Of a stretch of 64,000 bases of DNA, positions 39,886 to 50,492 are shown in pieces. Position 1 is the stretch's first letter, and each line of letters starts with the position of its first letter. Under the pieces are notes generated by a model that was not told the DNA's origin, searched no databases, and saw only the letters and a list, made by a program, of their open reading frames with translations. The stretch is from Candidatus Zhuqueibacterota bacterium. Lineage in GTDB: Bacteria > Zhuqueibacterota > Zhuqueibacteria > Residuimicrobiales > Oceaniaggregativiventaceae. Position numbers and translations under genes: made by a program. The stretch is taken from contig WJMF01000230.1 of NCBI GenBank assembly GCA_014728085.1, positions 5,276-69,275 on the forward strand, written 5' to 3'.

Positions 39886-42800
39886 ATGGAACGCAAAAAT
39901 ATTTCGCTGGTCGTTGCCCTTGTCTTGCTTTTGGCAAGCACTTCCCTGACTTTTTCCCAATCCTCAGAGTATACTGATGATCCCGCTTACTGGGAGCGAA
40001 TAACCAGTCGAAACGAGCTTGAAATAAAGTACGAATCCTTTCCACATTATGACATCAAATCAAGGCTTGCAAAAAGCAATGCCTTTTTGTCTTCACTAAA
40101 CCCTGTTCAGCCGGTTATTCTGGATTTTTCTGAAAAAGCCCTTCTCGGAAGAATTACAGTGCAATTAAAGCCATCGCTGGCTGCTATCGATTCACTGACG
40201 GTTTCCGTCCGTATCCGCCAGGAAAGCAGCGTAAACGTACCTGTAATAACGGTTGCGGAAAGCGTTTTTGATGAATATGGCCGGGCGGTTCTGGAGATCC
40301 CGGGCAAATATACCGAGGAAGTTCATCTCAGCCTCAATAAATCGGTATCGGCGGATTCTCCTTTTGAGACGATAAGCGTTGAAAGTATAACATTGAATGA
40401 AAATTTTCGTCTGCTTTTGGTTGGCGATTCCGTTACCCACGGCTTTGTGGGATCGAGTACCGGCCTGGGATTCAGACAGATATTATATAACGGACTGCGG
40501 GCTATCCGCCGCGATATCGATTTTGTCGGCTCTTATGGAGATCCTCCCTATGAGGGACATTTTTTGGGGGGTACAAAGGTTCGGGATTTTTTGCCCAACC
40601 GGTACGAGGAGATGGATATGAAATTTACCATGAATACTTCTCGGCCACATATGGTTGCGATTCATTTGGGGACTAATGATCTCAACAACAACGCCACCAC
40701 CGGTCCCTACAGAGACCAAAATGGATTTACAGAAACCACATCCGGTCATCTCGGAATTTTGATTGATTATCTGCTCAAATGGCATAACGGAGAAAATGGG
40801 GATGAATTGCAATACGTGGTTGTCAGCTTGATCATCCCTGCTGAACGGCGTGAAGCACAGCAAGTTTTATTCAACAATGAACTCAGCAAAATGGTGCACG
40901 ATTTTCGCAATGGTGTTCTGACGGGTCAACCGGAGCCGGTTTTTGTCTGCGATCATTACAGCCGCTTTGAAGAAAATCCGTTTTTATGGATCGATGACTG
41001 GCGTGATATTATGTTCGATAAACTCCATCCCAATGATCGCGGATACGAAATTATGGCTGAGACCTATCTGGATTGTATCAGCGAGCTTATCATCGGACCA
41101 AAGTGGTTCAGTGATTTATCCTGGGAAATGGGTATCGCTGCTCAGGATAAATACTGGAGTGCTCAGGGAATCGCCGTCGCCGATATTACCGGCGATGGTC
41201 TGGATGATATTTACATGAGCCGTGCTTCCGAAAAGGCCGAGGATCCGCGTGATTTTTTCTTTGTCAACAAGTCGACGATTCCGCTTGCTGACCGGTCGGT
41301 TGACTATCAAATCAACGATCTCGGTGTCAGCCGCGGTGTTGTTTTTGCCGATATTGATAACGACGGCGATTTTGATCTTTTTAATGGCCAGGAAGCGGGA
41401 CAAAATCATCTGTATGAGAATAACGGTGCCTCGGCTTTTGTGAATATTTCTTCCCAGGCGGGTATTGAAGTATTGCCCGATCGAAAAACCACCTCGGTAC
41501 TGGCTTTTGATTGTGAAAATGATGGAGATATCGATCTCTTTTGCGTTAATTCACAGGATCGGAACGAACAATATCTAAATAATGGAGCCGGCCGTTTTAA
41601 ACGCGTTAATTATGGTTTTAACGATGCAGAAGAGCCAAATATACACAGCATGTCAGGTTCTGCCGCTGATTTTGATATGGATGGCGATGTGGATGTTTAT
41701 ATTGCCAAACGAAACGGTGCCAACAAGCTATATATCAATGACGGCAGCGGTCATTTTCAGGACAGAGCCGTCCAGCTCGGGGTGGATTTGTCTGCTGTCG
41801 ATTGTAATGGCGTGATATGGTCTGATCTGGATAACGATGCGGATCTCGATTTGCTGGTTACCACAAACAGTGATGAAAAAATTCCGGACATAAAACTGCA
41901 GCTGTTCAGAAATAACGGCAATGGTACCTTTACGGGCATGAGCGATCAGGTGAATATTTTTTACCATGGCTATTCAGCTCTGGTTGCCGATTTTGACAAT
42001 GATGGTGATATGGATATCATCACCACCCATGAAGGGACGGTGGGTGAATTTTGGCGCAATGACGGGGACTGGACCTTCCGTGAGGTTGAGGATACCGGTG
42101 CGGAAATTTTTAACGGTGATGTGCGCGCGGCCACGGTTTTCGACGCTGATAATGACGGCGACCAGGACCTCCTGGCCATGCGCAACGATTGTCCCAATAT
42201 ATTTCTGCGCAACAATCTGGATAACAATTATAATTATCTGAAAGTCAAAGCCTATGGGCCAAATGGTAATATTGGCGGCTTTGGCACCAAAGTATGGTTA
42301 TATCAAAACGGTAAACTGGGAAATCCACAGGCATTGCTCGGCTACCGCGAAATTATGTCCGCGACCGGGCATCAATCGCAATACTCGCCGACGTTGCATT
42401 ATGGACTTGCTTTGGAAGACCATTGCGATCTGCTCGCCCGCTTTACGGATGGCACCTGGCTTGCTCTGCGCAATGTCGGTGTGAATCAGACGCTGGTCAT
42501 TCGGCCGGACAAACCCAGCGGCCAGGCAGGAGAGCCCGCGATTGTAGACCTTTACAGCGGTGATGGCCAGCAAAAAATGGTGGGGGAGATGTTCGACGAG
42601 CCTTTTGTGGTTCAGGTTCGCGATGGTGAGGGGCAGCCGGTTAAAGACGTTGCTGTGGAGTTTGGCATAAAAACCGGAAATGCCCAAATCGTCGAGCCGG
42701 TCGTCAATCAGGAGAATATATGGAAGGAGATGGAAAACGCCGCTCTTGACAATACGGTTCGCTGGGTCTATGATGCCACCAGCTCCGGTAACGGCTTTAT

Positions 42801-45800
42801 TTGGGTTCCTGATTTCCTCGGCAATAGCGGTGAGGCAGTGGTAACGGCAAGCATCGAATCGGGCCGTGACTATGTGCTTTGGATTAGAGCATCGCATTCC
42901 AATCAAAGCAGGTCAGTAACTCTGCAGGTGGATAATTACCCGGTGAGATCTGTTGAGGTCAGTTCCGAGAACTGGAAATGGTACCGGGTGAGCAATACAT
43001 CGGGCGGCCCCGAGCTCTATTCGCTTTCTGCCGGGGATCACAATGTTGTATTGAATTTTGGTGATTTTATCCTTATAGACCGGATTCTGCTGAGCCCGGA
43101 TATCAATTACACACCGCTGGGAACCGGTGATAGCGGCGAGAATCCCGATCTGACCGATATCAATGGCCTGGCCGGACGTATGGTACAGCTGGGGACCAGT
43201 TCGGGGCTCGTTGAGATTGAGGCCAGCGCAAGGATTCATGGCAGTCATATCAGCGGCAGCCCGGCACTCTTTACGGCCACTGCCCGGCCCGGCCCGGCCG
43301 CCAAATTTCATACGGAAGGAAGCGGGCAGATTGGTTCTGTGGGGGAACCTTTGGAACAACCCTTTACGGTAATTATCCAGGATGTTTTCAGCAACTATAT
43401 CAAAGATGTTCCGGTTACCTTTCAGGTTACCGCAGGAGGGGGTACGATTTTGCCTGACGGGGAGGTGATGACCAACGCCCTCGGTCGCGCTTCTACCGTG
43501 CTCACGCCAGGTGACCAGAGTTCCCTTCAGCGGGTGAGTGCAACCATAACGGGTCTTAGCACGGATCCGATTGTTTTTCAGGCTGCCGTTCCCGGTGTCG
43601 CCAGCGAGATAAACTATATTTCCGGAACGGGACAGGCAGACACTGTCGGCAATATGCTGGCAGATCCCCTTTCTGTTCGTATCCTGAACGATCAAGAACA
43701 ACCGGTGCCATCTTATCCGGTCAAATATAAAATTGTTCAGGGCGATGGCAGACTCTCCTTTAGCCGCCAGGGCAAAGTTTCCGACACGCTTTTGCAGGTA
43801 TTATCCAATGAGAACGGCTATGCAAATATTTTCTGGACGATGGGGCCCGAAAGCGGGGAACAGCGGGTTCAGGCCATTGCACAGGGATTAACCGGTTCGC
43901 CGGTTCTCTTCCGCGCAACAGCGACCCCCCGGCACGCATATCGTTTAATGCCTGTCTCCGGCAACGACCAGTCGGCTCCACTGCTTAGTTTGCTGCCCAA
44001 TCCTTTTGTGGTTCGGGTTCTGGACGAGTTTCACAATCCGGTATCCAACCATTCGGTGACCTTTACCTGTGCGAGCGAGAATGGAATTTTTCCACGCAGC
44101 AATTCCGCGACCTATTCGACCCTATCCGATAGTAATGGCTATGTCAGCACTCAGTTTCGCCTCGGTGAAGATGTTGGCGAGAACCTCTACCACATAAAAG
44201 TGAATTCTTCGCATCAACAACAACCGTTACAAAACACTCCTGTCGATTTTTATGCCAGCGGCAAGGCCGGTTTGCCATCCAGGGCGTTTAAATTGACCCA
44301 GGACGGACAGGTGGATACGGTTAACCATATTCTCGATCAACCGTTTCGCGTTCGCATTACAGACCAGTTTTCCAATCCGGTCGAGGATTATGTGGTGACG
44401 TTTAGTGTCATTAAGGGTGGTGGTTCTATTGATGGCCAACAGGAGGTGACGCGCCAGACCAACCTCAACGGTATTGCAGAGGCTCGCCTGAAACTGGGTT
44501 CCGCAGCCGGTAGTGAAAATCATCATGTTGCAGCTTTTTTTACCGGCATTACACCCAATGAAATTATCTTCAAGGCTTCTGCCGTGGCGGATTATCCGGT
44601 TGCTCTCGAGTATGTCTCCGGAAATGATCAAAAATCTCCTTTCCAGACCACCTTACCCATGCCATTTGTCGTTCGTGTCGAAGATCAGTTCAAAAACGGT
44701 GTTGCAGGTCATCCTGTTCTGTTTACCGTTCAGGGCGATCAGGGACATTTTGGCGGTATGGAATCCATTACCGTGAACACAGATGAATTCGGTGACGCAC
44801 AAGCATACCTGACATTGGGTGAAGAAATAGGCGACTCTAACAATGTGGTATTGGCTTCCAGCCTTTATCAGGGGGTACCGTTATCTTCGCCGGTACAGTT
44901 TTATGCCTCCACATCACCGGCTTATCCGGTCAGACTCATTCCTATCAGTGATGACAAAAATATACTGGGCGCTGCAAACAGAGAGTTGCCGGATCCGGTT
45001 ATCGTTAAGGTCCTGGATGAGGAGGACAAAGGGGTACCCGGAATTGCAGTCAATTTTACCATCGAGTCGGGTGACGGATATTTTGCTCCTGAGCAGCAAA
45101 ATGCCACCTCTGTGACGACTGATAAGGAGGGCTTGTCGAGGGCGCGGTGGGTATTGGGATCTGCTGACCAGATTCAAAAAATTTCCGCTGCTGTTATATA
45201 TAATAACGCGCATCTGATCAACTCGCCGAAAGCGTTTCAGGCGGTTGCGATTGAAACCCGTGCCAAGATGATAGAATTGGTCTCTGAAAATGAATTCAAT
45301 GGCCAGGCCGGCAAAGCGTTACAAGACAGTCTTGTCGTACGAATATTGGATGAGTTTGGACAACCGCTGAAGAATCACCCGGTTCGTTTTGAAATTCAAC
45401 AGGGTGATGCAACCCTCACCGCAGAGGGGGCCGGGTCATTGCTCGTTTATTCTGATGAAGAGGGACTGGCCAGATCGGGTCTGATTTTAGGCGGTACTGC
45501 AGGGTCCAATACCTGTGTGGTTTACGCCCGTTCCAGCAGTGCCCAGGGTACGCCGCTTACGGGTTCTCCGGTCCTTTTTTCTGTTGATGTTGTCGCCGGT
45601 GATCCCGACATGAGCGAATCATCGATAAGCTCCACATCGCTGGTCCCCTTGAACGGTGCTTCCAAAGCCGAGGTGGAGGTGCTTCTGCGGGATCGTTTTG
45701 GTAACCCTGTTGCCAATCGCACTGTAGAGCTGGTTTCCAATCCGGCGGGATTGATTTTCAGCGCTGAAAACAGTACGACGGATTTTACCGGTAAATATTA

Positions 45801-48255
45801 TGCCGAGGCTAGTGCGGTCAACAGTGGCGATTTTCAGATTCGCGCTCGCGATCAGGAAAGCGGTTTATGGTTGCAGGAATCCGCATTGGTAACTTTTTTC
45901 GAGTCCGATGCGCAAAAATTCTTTTTCGCCGGTGGCAACAATCAGGTCGGATATCCCCATTCCCTGCTTGAAGAGATGTTGCAGGTCAGAGTCCTCGATG
46001 TCAATGATCGACCGGTGTCCAATTATCCGGTTGTCTTTACTGCCAATGCAGACAGTATCGCCACCATATATGATGATACGCTTTATACGGATAAACAGGG
46101 CATAGGGAAAACCGCTATATTGATCGGTCCTTACAGTGGAACGGTAACCGTCGCAGCCCATGCCGCAGGCCTGAAACCGGATCACTTGATTTTCAATCAG
46201 ACCATTCGTTCCGTTTCCCGGGTGGTTCTCGTTAATGAGGGTGAGGACCGTATCAGTAAAAACATCGATGATATTGTACCGGATACACTCCGGATACGGA
46301 TTCAGGATATGCAGGGACGCCCTGTGGGTGCTACCAGGCTGCTGTTCAGTACTGAAGCATCTGATATTGCCCGGCCGCAATCTGAAGAGAGGATCAGCGA
46401 TAAAGAAGGTCGTCTAACAATGCCACTGATATTTGGTCCACAGACCGGCACGACCCGTATACTGGTTAAACCCGATGCATCACTGGGGGCGGCACTGGCG
46501 ATAGATGTTGAGGTGAGTGCGGGAGCACCACATGAACTGCAGGTATATGGGGGGAATGAACAATCCGTTGTGGTGAATAATAATTTGGAAGAAGCGCTTC
46601 AGGTCAGGGTGGTTGATAAAGGCGGTCATCCGTTGCAGGAGGTGGGAGTGATTTTTTCCGTTGAGCAGGGATTTGCCGTTTTCCTCGATGAAACCAGGCA
46701 GGTTTCAGACCAGCAGGGGATCACGGCAACCCGGATGCGTATGGGAACACTTTCGGGACGAACCGTTATTTTGGCACGGCTGGAAGATCAACCGACTATC
46801 TCTGCGGCTTTTGTCTGTCATGGCCTGCCGGACGCACCTTATGAGCTTAAAAGCATTCTGGGTGATAAACAGGTTGGCATAGCCGGTCATAAATTAAATC
46901 TGGATCTTAAAGTCCAGATCCGCGATAAATACGGTAATGGAATACCACAAGCTTCTGTTTCTTTTATGCCGCAGACGGATTGCGGTAAAACCTATCCTTC
47001 CGGAACGGTTTTGAGCGACAGCAATGGTATTGCTGCCGTCAGCTGGGTACTGGGTCCTAAACTGGGACTGCAATCGATAGATGTGAGAAAGGAAAATCTG
47101 GTCAACTCGCCGATACAATTCACCGCCAATGCGATACCCAACAATGCACCCGTTATCGATATACCGGATCAATTCGTGCTGGATGAAAACGAGCCGTTTC
47201 AGTTTGATATTTTCGTTACAGATGAGGAAAACGATCCATTTTCAATTTTTGTACCGGAGATGCCTGATCGGGCCTATATCGATTCCATGACATTTTACTG
47301 GCAGCCCGGTTTCGATCAGGCCGGTTCTCACCGGCTGGTTTTTATTGCTCAGGACAGCGGCGGAGCAAAAAGTGAAAAGAGCGTTACCTTTTCAGTCAAT
47401 AATGTCAATCGTCCGCCCTATATTATCGATTCCCGAAGCGTTCCGGTGAATCGCAATATCGGAAGCATTAAAAACAAGTGGCCGATTGATTTTCATGTTG
47501 AAGCCAAGGACCCGGATGAGGATTTTTTGCACTATTTATGGATGGTCAATGGTGTAAAAATCGGTGCTACTGCAGATTTTCGTTTTGAAGCGCAGCTCTA
47601 CAGCGGAGGGGACAAGATAGTGCAGGTGCTGGTCTTCGATGCCCATGATACGGTCGGCACCTCCTGGCAGCTCGATCTACTGACGCCTGTAGAGTTAACT
47701 TCATTTACCGCCACCTTTGAGCCGTTTAACGGCATTACGCTGGCCTGGGAGACACGTCTTCAACGCCAAACATTGGGATATTATCTCTATCGTTCCGATC
47801 AGCCGGATGAGAATTTTACCTTGATCAGTGAACTGATCGAGCCCAATGATGAAGGGAAATATGTATATGAGGATATTGCTGATATTGATCATCGGGTCTA
47901 TTATCTCCTGAAGGATATGCAAATTGATGGTGTGATAAACGAACATCCTGTCATATCGGTTGAGCCGATGCTGCCGGACGATTTGGAACTGGCACAGAAT
48001 TATCCAAATCCCTTTAATCCGCAAACCCATATCCGTTTTGCTCTGCCTGAGCCGGCTTTTGTCAGTCTGAGGATATATAATATCAGAGGACATCAGGTCA
48101 TGAGCCTGGCGGAAGGCGAGCGTAAAGCCGGGTATCACAGCGTCAACTGGAATGGGCGAAATACACAGAACAAACCGGTTGCTGCGGGTGTCTATTACTA
48201 TGTTTTGGATACACCTCTAGAGAGGCGGGTAAAAAAGATGGTGCTGATTCGCTAG
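39886..48255 (+). CDS. Giant secreted multidomain protein: SGNH hydrolase + FG-GAP propeller + ASPIC/UnbV + ~13 Big_1 Ig repeats + CBM-like insert + Ig/cadherin-like + C-terminal FlgD/T9SS-like domain
   Basis: GGAG RBS and signal peptide; GDSVT/GTND/DKLHPN; seven D.D.DGD.D repeats; repeated SG..Q...PF.V.V.D...PV units; PVELTSF and QNYPNPFNP. Confidence 0.9.
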   Translation: MERKNISLVVALVLLLASTSLTFSQSSEYTDDPAYWERITSRNELEIKYESFPHYDIKSRLAKSNAFLSSLNPVQPVILDFSEKALLGRITVQLKPSLAAIDSLTVSVRIRQESSVNVPVITVAESVFDEYGRAVLEIPGKYTEEVHLSLNKSVSADSPFETISVESITLNENFRLLLVGDSVTHGFVGSSTGLGFRQILYNGLRAIRRDIDFVGSYGDPPYEGHFLGGTKVRDFLPNRYEEMDMKFTMNTSRPHMVAIHLGTNDLNNNATTGPYRDQNGFTETTSGHLGILIDYLLKWHNGENGDELQYVVVSLIIPAERREAQQVLFNNELSKMVHDFRNGVLTGQPEPVFVCDHYSRFEENPFLWIDDWRDIMFDKLHPNDRGYEIMAETYLDCISELIIGPKWFSDLSWEMGIAAQDKYWSAQGIAVADITGDGLDDIYMSRASEKAEDPRDFFFVNKSTIPLADRSVDYQINDLGVSRGVVFADIDNDGDFDLFNGQEAGQNHLYENNGASAFVNISSQAGIEVLPDRKTTSVLAFDCENDGDIDLFCVNSQDRNEQYLNNGAGRFKRVNYGFNDAEEPNIHSMSGSAADFDMDGDVDVYIAKRNGANKLYINDGSGHFQDRAVQLGVDLSAVDCNGVIWSDLDNDADLDLLVTTNSDEKIPDIKLQLFRNNGNGTFTGMSDQVNIFYHGYSALVADFDNDGDMDIITTHEGTVGEFWRNDGDWTFREVEDTGAEIFNGDVRAATVFDADNDGDQDLLAMRNDCPNIFLRNNLDNNYNYLKVKAYGPNGNIGGFGTKVWLYQNGKLGNPQALLGYREIMSATGHQSQYSPTLHYGLALEDHCDLLARFTDGTWLALRNVGVNQTLVIRPDKPSGQAGEPAIVDLYSGDGQQKMVGEMFDEPFVVQVRDGEGQPVKDVAVEFGIKTGNAQIVEPVVNQENIWKEMENAALDNTVRWVYDATSSGNGFIWVPDFLGNSGEAVVTASIESGRDYVLWIRASHSNQSRSVTLQVDNYPVRSVEVSSENWKWYRVSNTSGGPELYSLSAGDHNVVLNFGDFILIDRILLSPDINYTPLGTGDSGENPDLTDINGLAGRMVQLGTSSGLVEIEASARIHGSHISGSPALFTATARPGPAAKFHTEGSGQIGSVGEPLEQPFTVIIQDVFSNYIKDVPVTFQVTAGGGTILPDGEVMTNALGRASTVLTPGDQSSLQRVSATITGLSTDPIVFQAAVPGVASEINYISGTGQADTVGNMLADPLSVRILNDQEQPVPSYPVKYKIVQGDGRLSFSRQGKVSDTLLQVLSNENGYANIFWTMGPESGEQRVQAIAQGLTGSPVLFRATATPRHAYRLMPVSGNDQSAPLLSLLPNPFVVRVLDEFHNPVSNHSVTFTCASENGIFPRSNSATYSTLSDSNGYVSTQFRLGEDVGENLYHIKVNSSHQQQPLQNTPVDFYASGKAGLPSRAFKLTQDGQVDTVNHILDQPFRVRITDQFSNPVEDYVVTFSVIKGGGSIDGQQEVTRQTNLNGIAEARLKLGSAAGSENHHVAAFFTGITPNEIIFKASAVADYPVALEYVSGNDQKSPFQTTLPMPFVVRVEDQFKNGVAGHPVLFTVQGDQGHFGGMESITVNTDEFGDAQAYLTLGEEIGDSNNVVLASSLYQGVPLSSPVQFYASTSPAYPVRLIPISDDKNILGAANRELPDPVIVKVLDEEDKGVPGIAVNFTIESGDGYFAPEQQNATSVTTDKEGLSRARWVLGSADQIQKISAAVIYNNAHLINSPKAFQAVAIETRAKMIELVSENEFNGQAGKALQDSLVVRILDEFGQPLKNHPVRFEIQQGDATLTAEGAGSLLVYSDEEGLARSGLILGGTAGSNTCVVYARSSSAQGTPLTGSPVLFSVDVVAGDPDMSESSISSTSLVPLNGASKAEVEVLLRDRFGNPVANRTVELVSNPAGLIFSAENSTTDFTGKYYAEASAVNSGDFQIRARDQESGLWLQESALVTFFESDAQKFFFAGGNNQVGYPHSLLEEMLQVRVLDVNDRPVSNYPVVFTANADSIATIYDDTLYTDKQGIGKTAILIGPYSGTVTVAAHAAGLKPDHLIFNQTIRSVSRVVLVNEGEDRISKNIDDIVPDTLRIRIQDMQGRPVGATRLLFSTEASDIARPQSEERISDKEGRLTMPLIFGPQTGTTRILVKPDASLGAALAIDVEVSAGAPHELQVYGGNEQSVVVNNNLEEALQVRVVDKGGHPLQEVGVIFSVEQGFAVFLDETRQVSDQQGITATRMRMGTLSGRTVILARLEDQPTISAAFVCHGLPDAPYELKSILGDKQVGIAGHKLNLDLKVQIRDKYGNGIPQASVSFMPQTDCGKTYPSGTVLSDSNGIAAVSWVLGPKLGLQSIDVRKENLVNSPIQFTANAIPNNAPVIDIPDQFVLDENEPFQFDIFVTDEENDPFSIFVPEMPDRAYIDSMTFYWQPGFDQAGSHRLVFIAQDSGGAKSEKSVTFSVNNVNRPPYIIDSRSVPVNRNIGSIKNKWPIDFHVEAKDPDEDFLHYLWMVNGVKIGATADFRFEAQLYSGGDKIVQVLVFDAHDTVGTSWQLDLLTPVELTSFTATFEPFNGITLAWETRLQRQTLGYYLYRSDQPDENFTLISELIEPNDEGKYVYEDIADIDHRVYYLLKDMQIDGVINEHPVISVEPMLPDDLELAQNYPNPFNPQTHIRFALPEPAFVSLRIYNIRGHQVMSLAEGERKAGYHSVNWNGRNTQNKPVAAGVYYYVLDTPLERRVKKMVLIR

Positions 48256-48507
48256 ACAATTCACTTTTTGCAGGGATAACTTGTGTGCCGGGAGGTTGGA
48301 TCAGGTTTGGTGATCGCCGCAAAAGCTGTCGTGACGGATTTGCATGATCATTCCCTGGTACCGGAACAGTTTGTTTACTGCGGTGCCGGGAATCAGGGAA
48401 AAAGAAGTTTTACAGCTTTTACATCGTGCTTGTATCATGAATTGATAACGATCCTGAAAACCGTAAATCAATCCGGTCCGACCCATTATTCGGTTGGTTG
48501 TTTTATG

Positions 48508-50016
48508 TTATATTTCACGAACTCTTCTCATTACCTCGCGAAAATCGATTTTACCACTTCCCATTCTGGGTAGGTCCTGCAGTACGACGAATTTTTTGGG
48601 TAGAGCTATTGATGGCAGCTCTTTGGCCATTTTTTTAAGAATTTCCCGCTCTCTAACCGGTCTGTTAAGAGCGGCGATTATTTTTGCTCCTTTGGTAGAA
48701 TCGGGAATCTCAACGACACAACAGTCTGTCCCTTCCGGCAGACAGGTTTCCAAAACGCTTTCCGTACGAACCAGAGAGACCATTTCACCGGCAATCTTGA
48801 CAAACCGTTTGAGCCGTCCCCGGTGGTAGAGAAAGCCATCCTGATCGAATAGACCCATATCACCGGTATCATACCAGCCATCCTTGATATGCAACAGAGT
48901 TTCCTCAAGATCATCAAAATAGCCTTTCATCACCAGGTCGCCTTTGACCAGAATTTTGCCTTCCTGTCCCGAAGGCAGTTTCCGGTTACTGTTGATGTCG
49001 ACAATTTTCACCCGAACACTGGGCAGGACTTTGCCGATGCTTCCCGGACGATTGTGCTGTGGTGTGTTGAGGCTGATACCCGGACTGGTTTCTGTGGTTC
49101 CATAGGCTTCGAGCAAATCGATATTATGTTCGCGTTTATAGGCGTCTCTCAGCCAGGCGGGGGTTTTATCGGCTCCTGCCAGCACGATTCTCAGGGTACG
49201 AAAATCACCTGCTTTTGCTTCTCGCAGATATCCGGCGAAAAAGCTCGGTGTGGCTGCAATAATCGTTGTCTTTTCGCTGCGTATCAATTTTGGGATTTTT
49301 TTAAATTCAAGGGGGTTGGCATTGGTTACAGCGCATATCCCGGTTACCATTGGTAACCAAAAATTGGAGTGATATCCAAAAACGTGGAAGAGAGGCAGTA
49401 TACACATCATAATATCGTCTACTGTGAATTCATATACAGAGGTGATATCTTTTATGTTCGATCCCAGGTTTTTGTGGGTTAGCTGAACCGCTTTGGGCTC
49501 TTTCTCGCTTCCGCTGGTAAACAGTATCACCACATTATCATCTATATGGCTTTTGGGCAGAGAATTAATAATCATTGTGGCCGGCAATTTGGCATATACA
49601 GCGGCCTGGAGTTTTTCAATAGAAGTGATACTTTCCAGAATATCTTCTATAAAGACCATGCCCCTGACCAGGCGGCAGTGGATTTTTTCGAGCAGGGCCC
49701 GGGAAGTGATGATGGTTTGAAATCCGCATTTTTGCTGTGCATATTCGGCGTTTTCTGCCGCTCCGGTAGAGTAGTTGATCATAACAGGTGTTTTTCCGGC
49801 CAGGACAATTCCAATCGTTGTCAGCATGGCTCCTGCAGAGGTGGGGATCATAACGCCGATATGCTTTTCCTTGATGTTTTTAAAGCGGCGTTTGAGTATG
49901 AGGCTGGCGATCAGCGTGCGTTCAAAGGTGATTTTGCGATCTGTAGTACGGTCATTGATGGCGACTTTGGATTTGTATGTTTTGGCAGTGCGGATAAATT
50001 CGTGGTGGAGGATCAT
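48508..50016 (-). CDS. AMP-binding acyl-ACP/CoA synthetase (Aas C-terminal-like)
   Basis: LFTSGSEKEPKAV, YGTTETSP, WYDTGD and RLKRFVKIAGEMVSL. Confidence 0.88.
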   Translation of the reverse strand: MILHHEFIRTAKTYKSKVAINDRTTDRKITFERTLIASLILKRRFKNIKEKHIGVMIPTSAGAMLTTIGIVLAGKTPVMINYSTGAAENAEYAQQKCGFQTIITSRALLEKIHCRLVRGMVFIEDILESITSIEKLQAAVYAKLPATMIINSLPKSHIDDNVVILFTSGSEKEPKAVQLTHKNLGSNIKDITSVYEFTVDDIMMCILPLFHVFGYHSNFWLPMVTGICAVTNANPLEFKKIPKLIRSEKTTIIAATPSFFAGYLREAKAGDFRTLRIVLAGADKTPAWLRDAYKREHNIDLLEAYGTTETSPGISLNTPQHNRPGSIGKVLPSVRVKIVDINSNRKLPSGQEGKILVKGDLVMKGYFDDLEETLLHIKDGWYDTGDMGLFDQDGFLYHRGRLKRFVKIAGEMVSLVRTESVLETCLPEGTDCCVVEIPDSTKGAKIIAALNRPVREREILKKMAKELPSIALPKKFVVLQDLPRMGSGKIDFREVMRRVREI

Positions 50017-50231
50017 TGTTTTTTCCTTTATATGAATTCAATTCAGTTTTCAGATAGTTAAAATATTGATGAGATGCAAGCAGTTTTTTAGATATTTTTA
50101 TCAAAATAAGATTTTCCCTGAAGATGCCGGAATGGCATGCTTTTGCTTTGCAAAAGGGATAAAAATTTTCTACTTTCACTACAACTGGAAAGATGATCAG
50201 GCGCGTTGAAATTAACTTCTGAGGTACTGTT

Positions 50232-50474
50232 ATGCCCATTTATGAATATAGCTGCCGTAGCTGCGGACATTTATTTGAAAAACTGGTTTCTGCCAGCAAC
50301 GGTGCAATTACTTGTGAGCGCTGCGATTCTTCTGATGTGGAAAAGATGATATCCATAGTGGGAGGAATATTCAGCCATGGGCACAACAAAGAGTGCCCGG
50401 TGGAAACCTGCTGCAGGGAGAGAGGATTGAATTGTGGTAAAGGTGATTGTTCTCGGTATTCACAATTGGATTGA
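50232..50474 (+). CDS. FmdB-family zinc-ribbon protein
   Basis: MPIYEYSCRSCGHLFE...CERC.S. Confidence 0.85.
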   Translation: MPIYEYSCRSCGHLFEKLVSASNGAITCERCDSSDVEKMISIVGGIFSHGHNKECPVETCCRERGLNCGKGDCSRYSQLD

Positions 50475-50492
50475 AAGGATGGGGGTAGCGAA

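Noticed and set aside
41180-47140. Repetitive sequence as a CRISPR array or DNA tandem repeat
   Set aside because: The repeats are divergent at DNA level and are protein-domain repeats inside one ORF. No repeat-spacer array was seen anywhere in the window.
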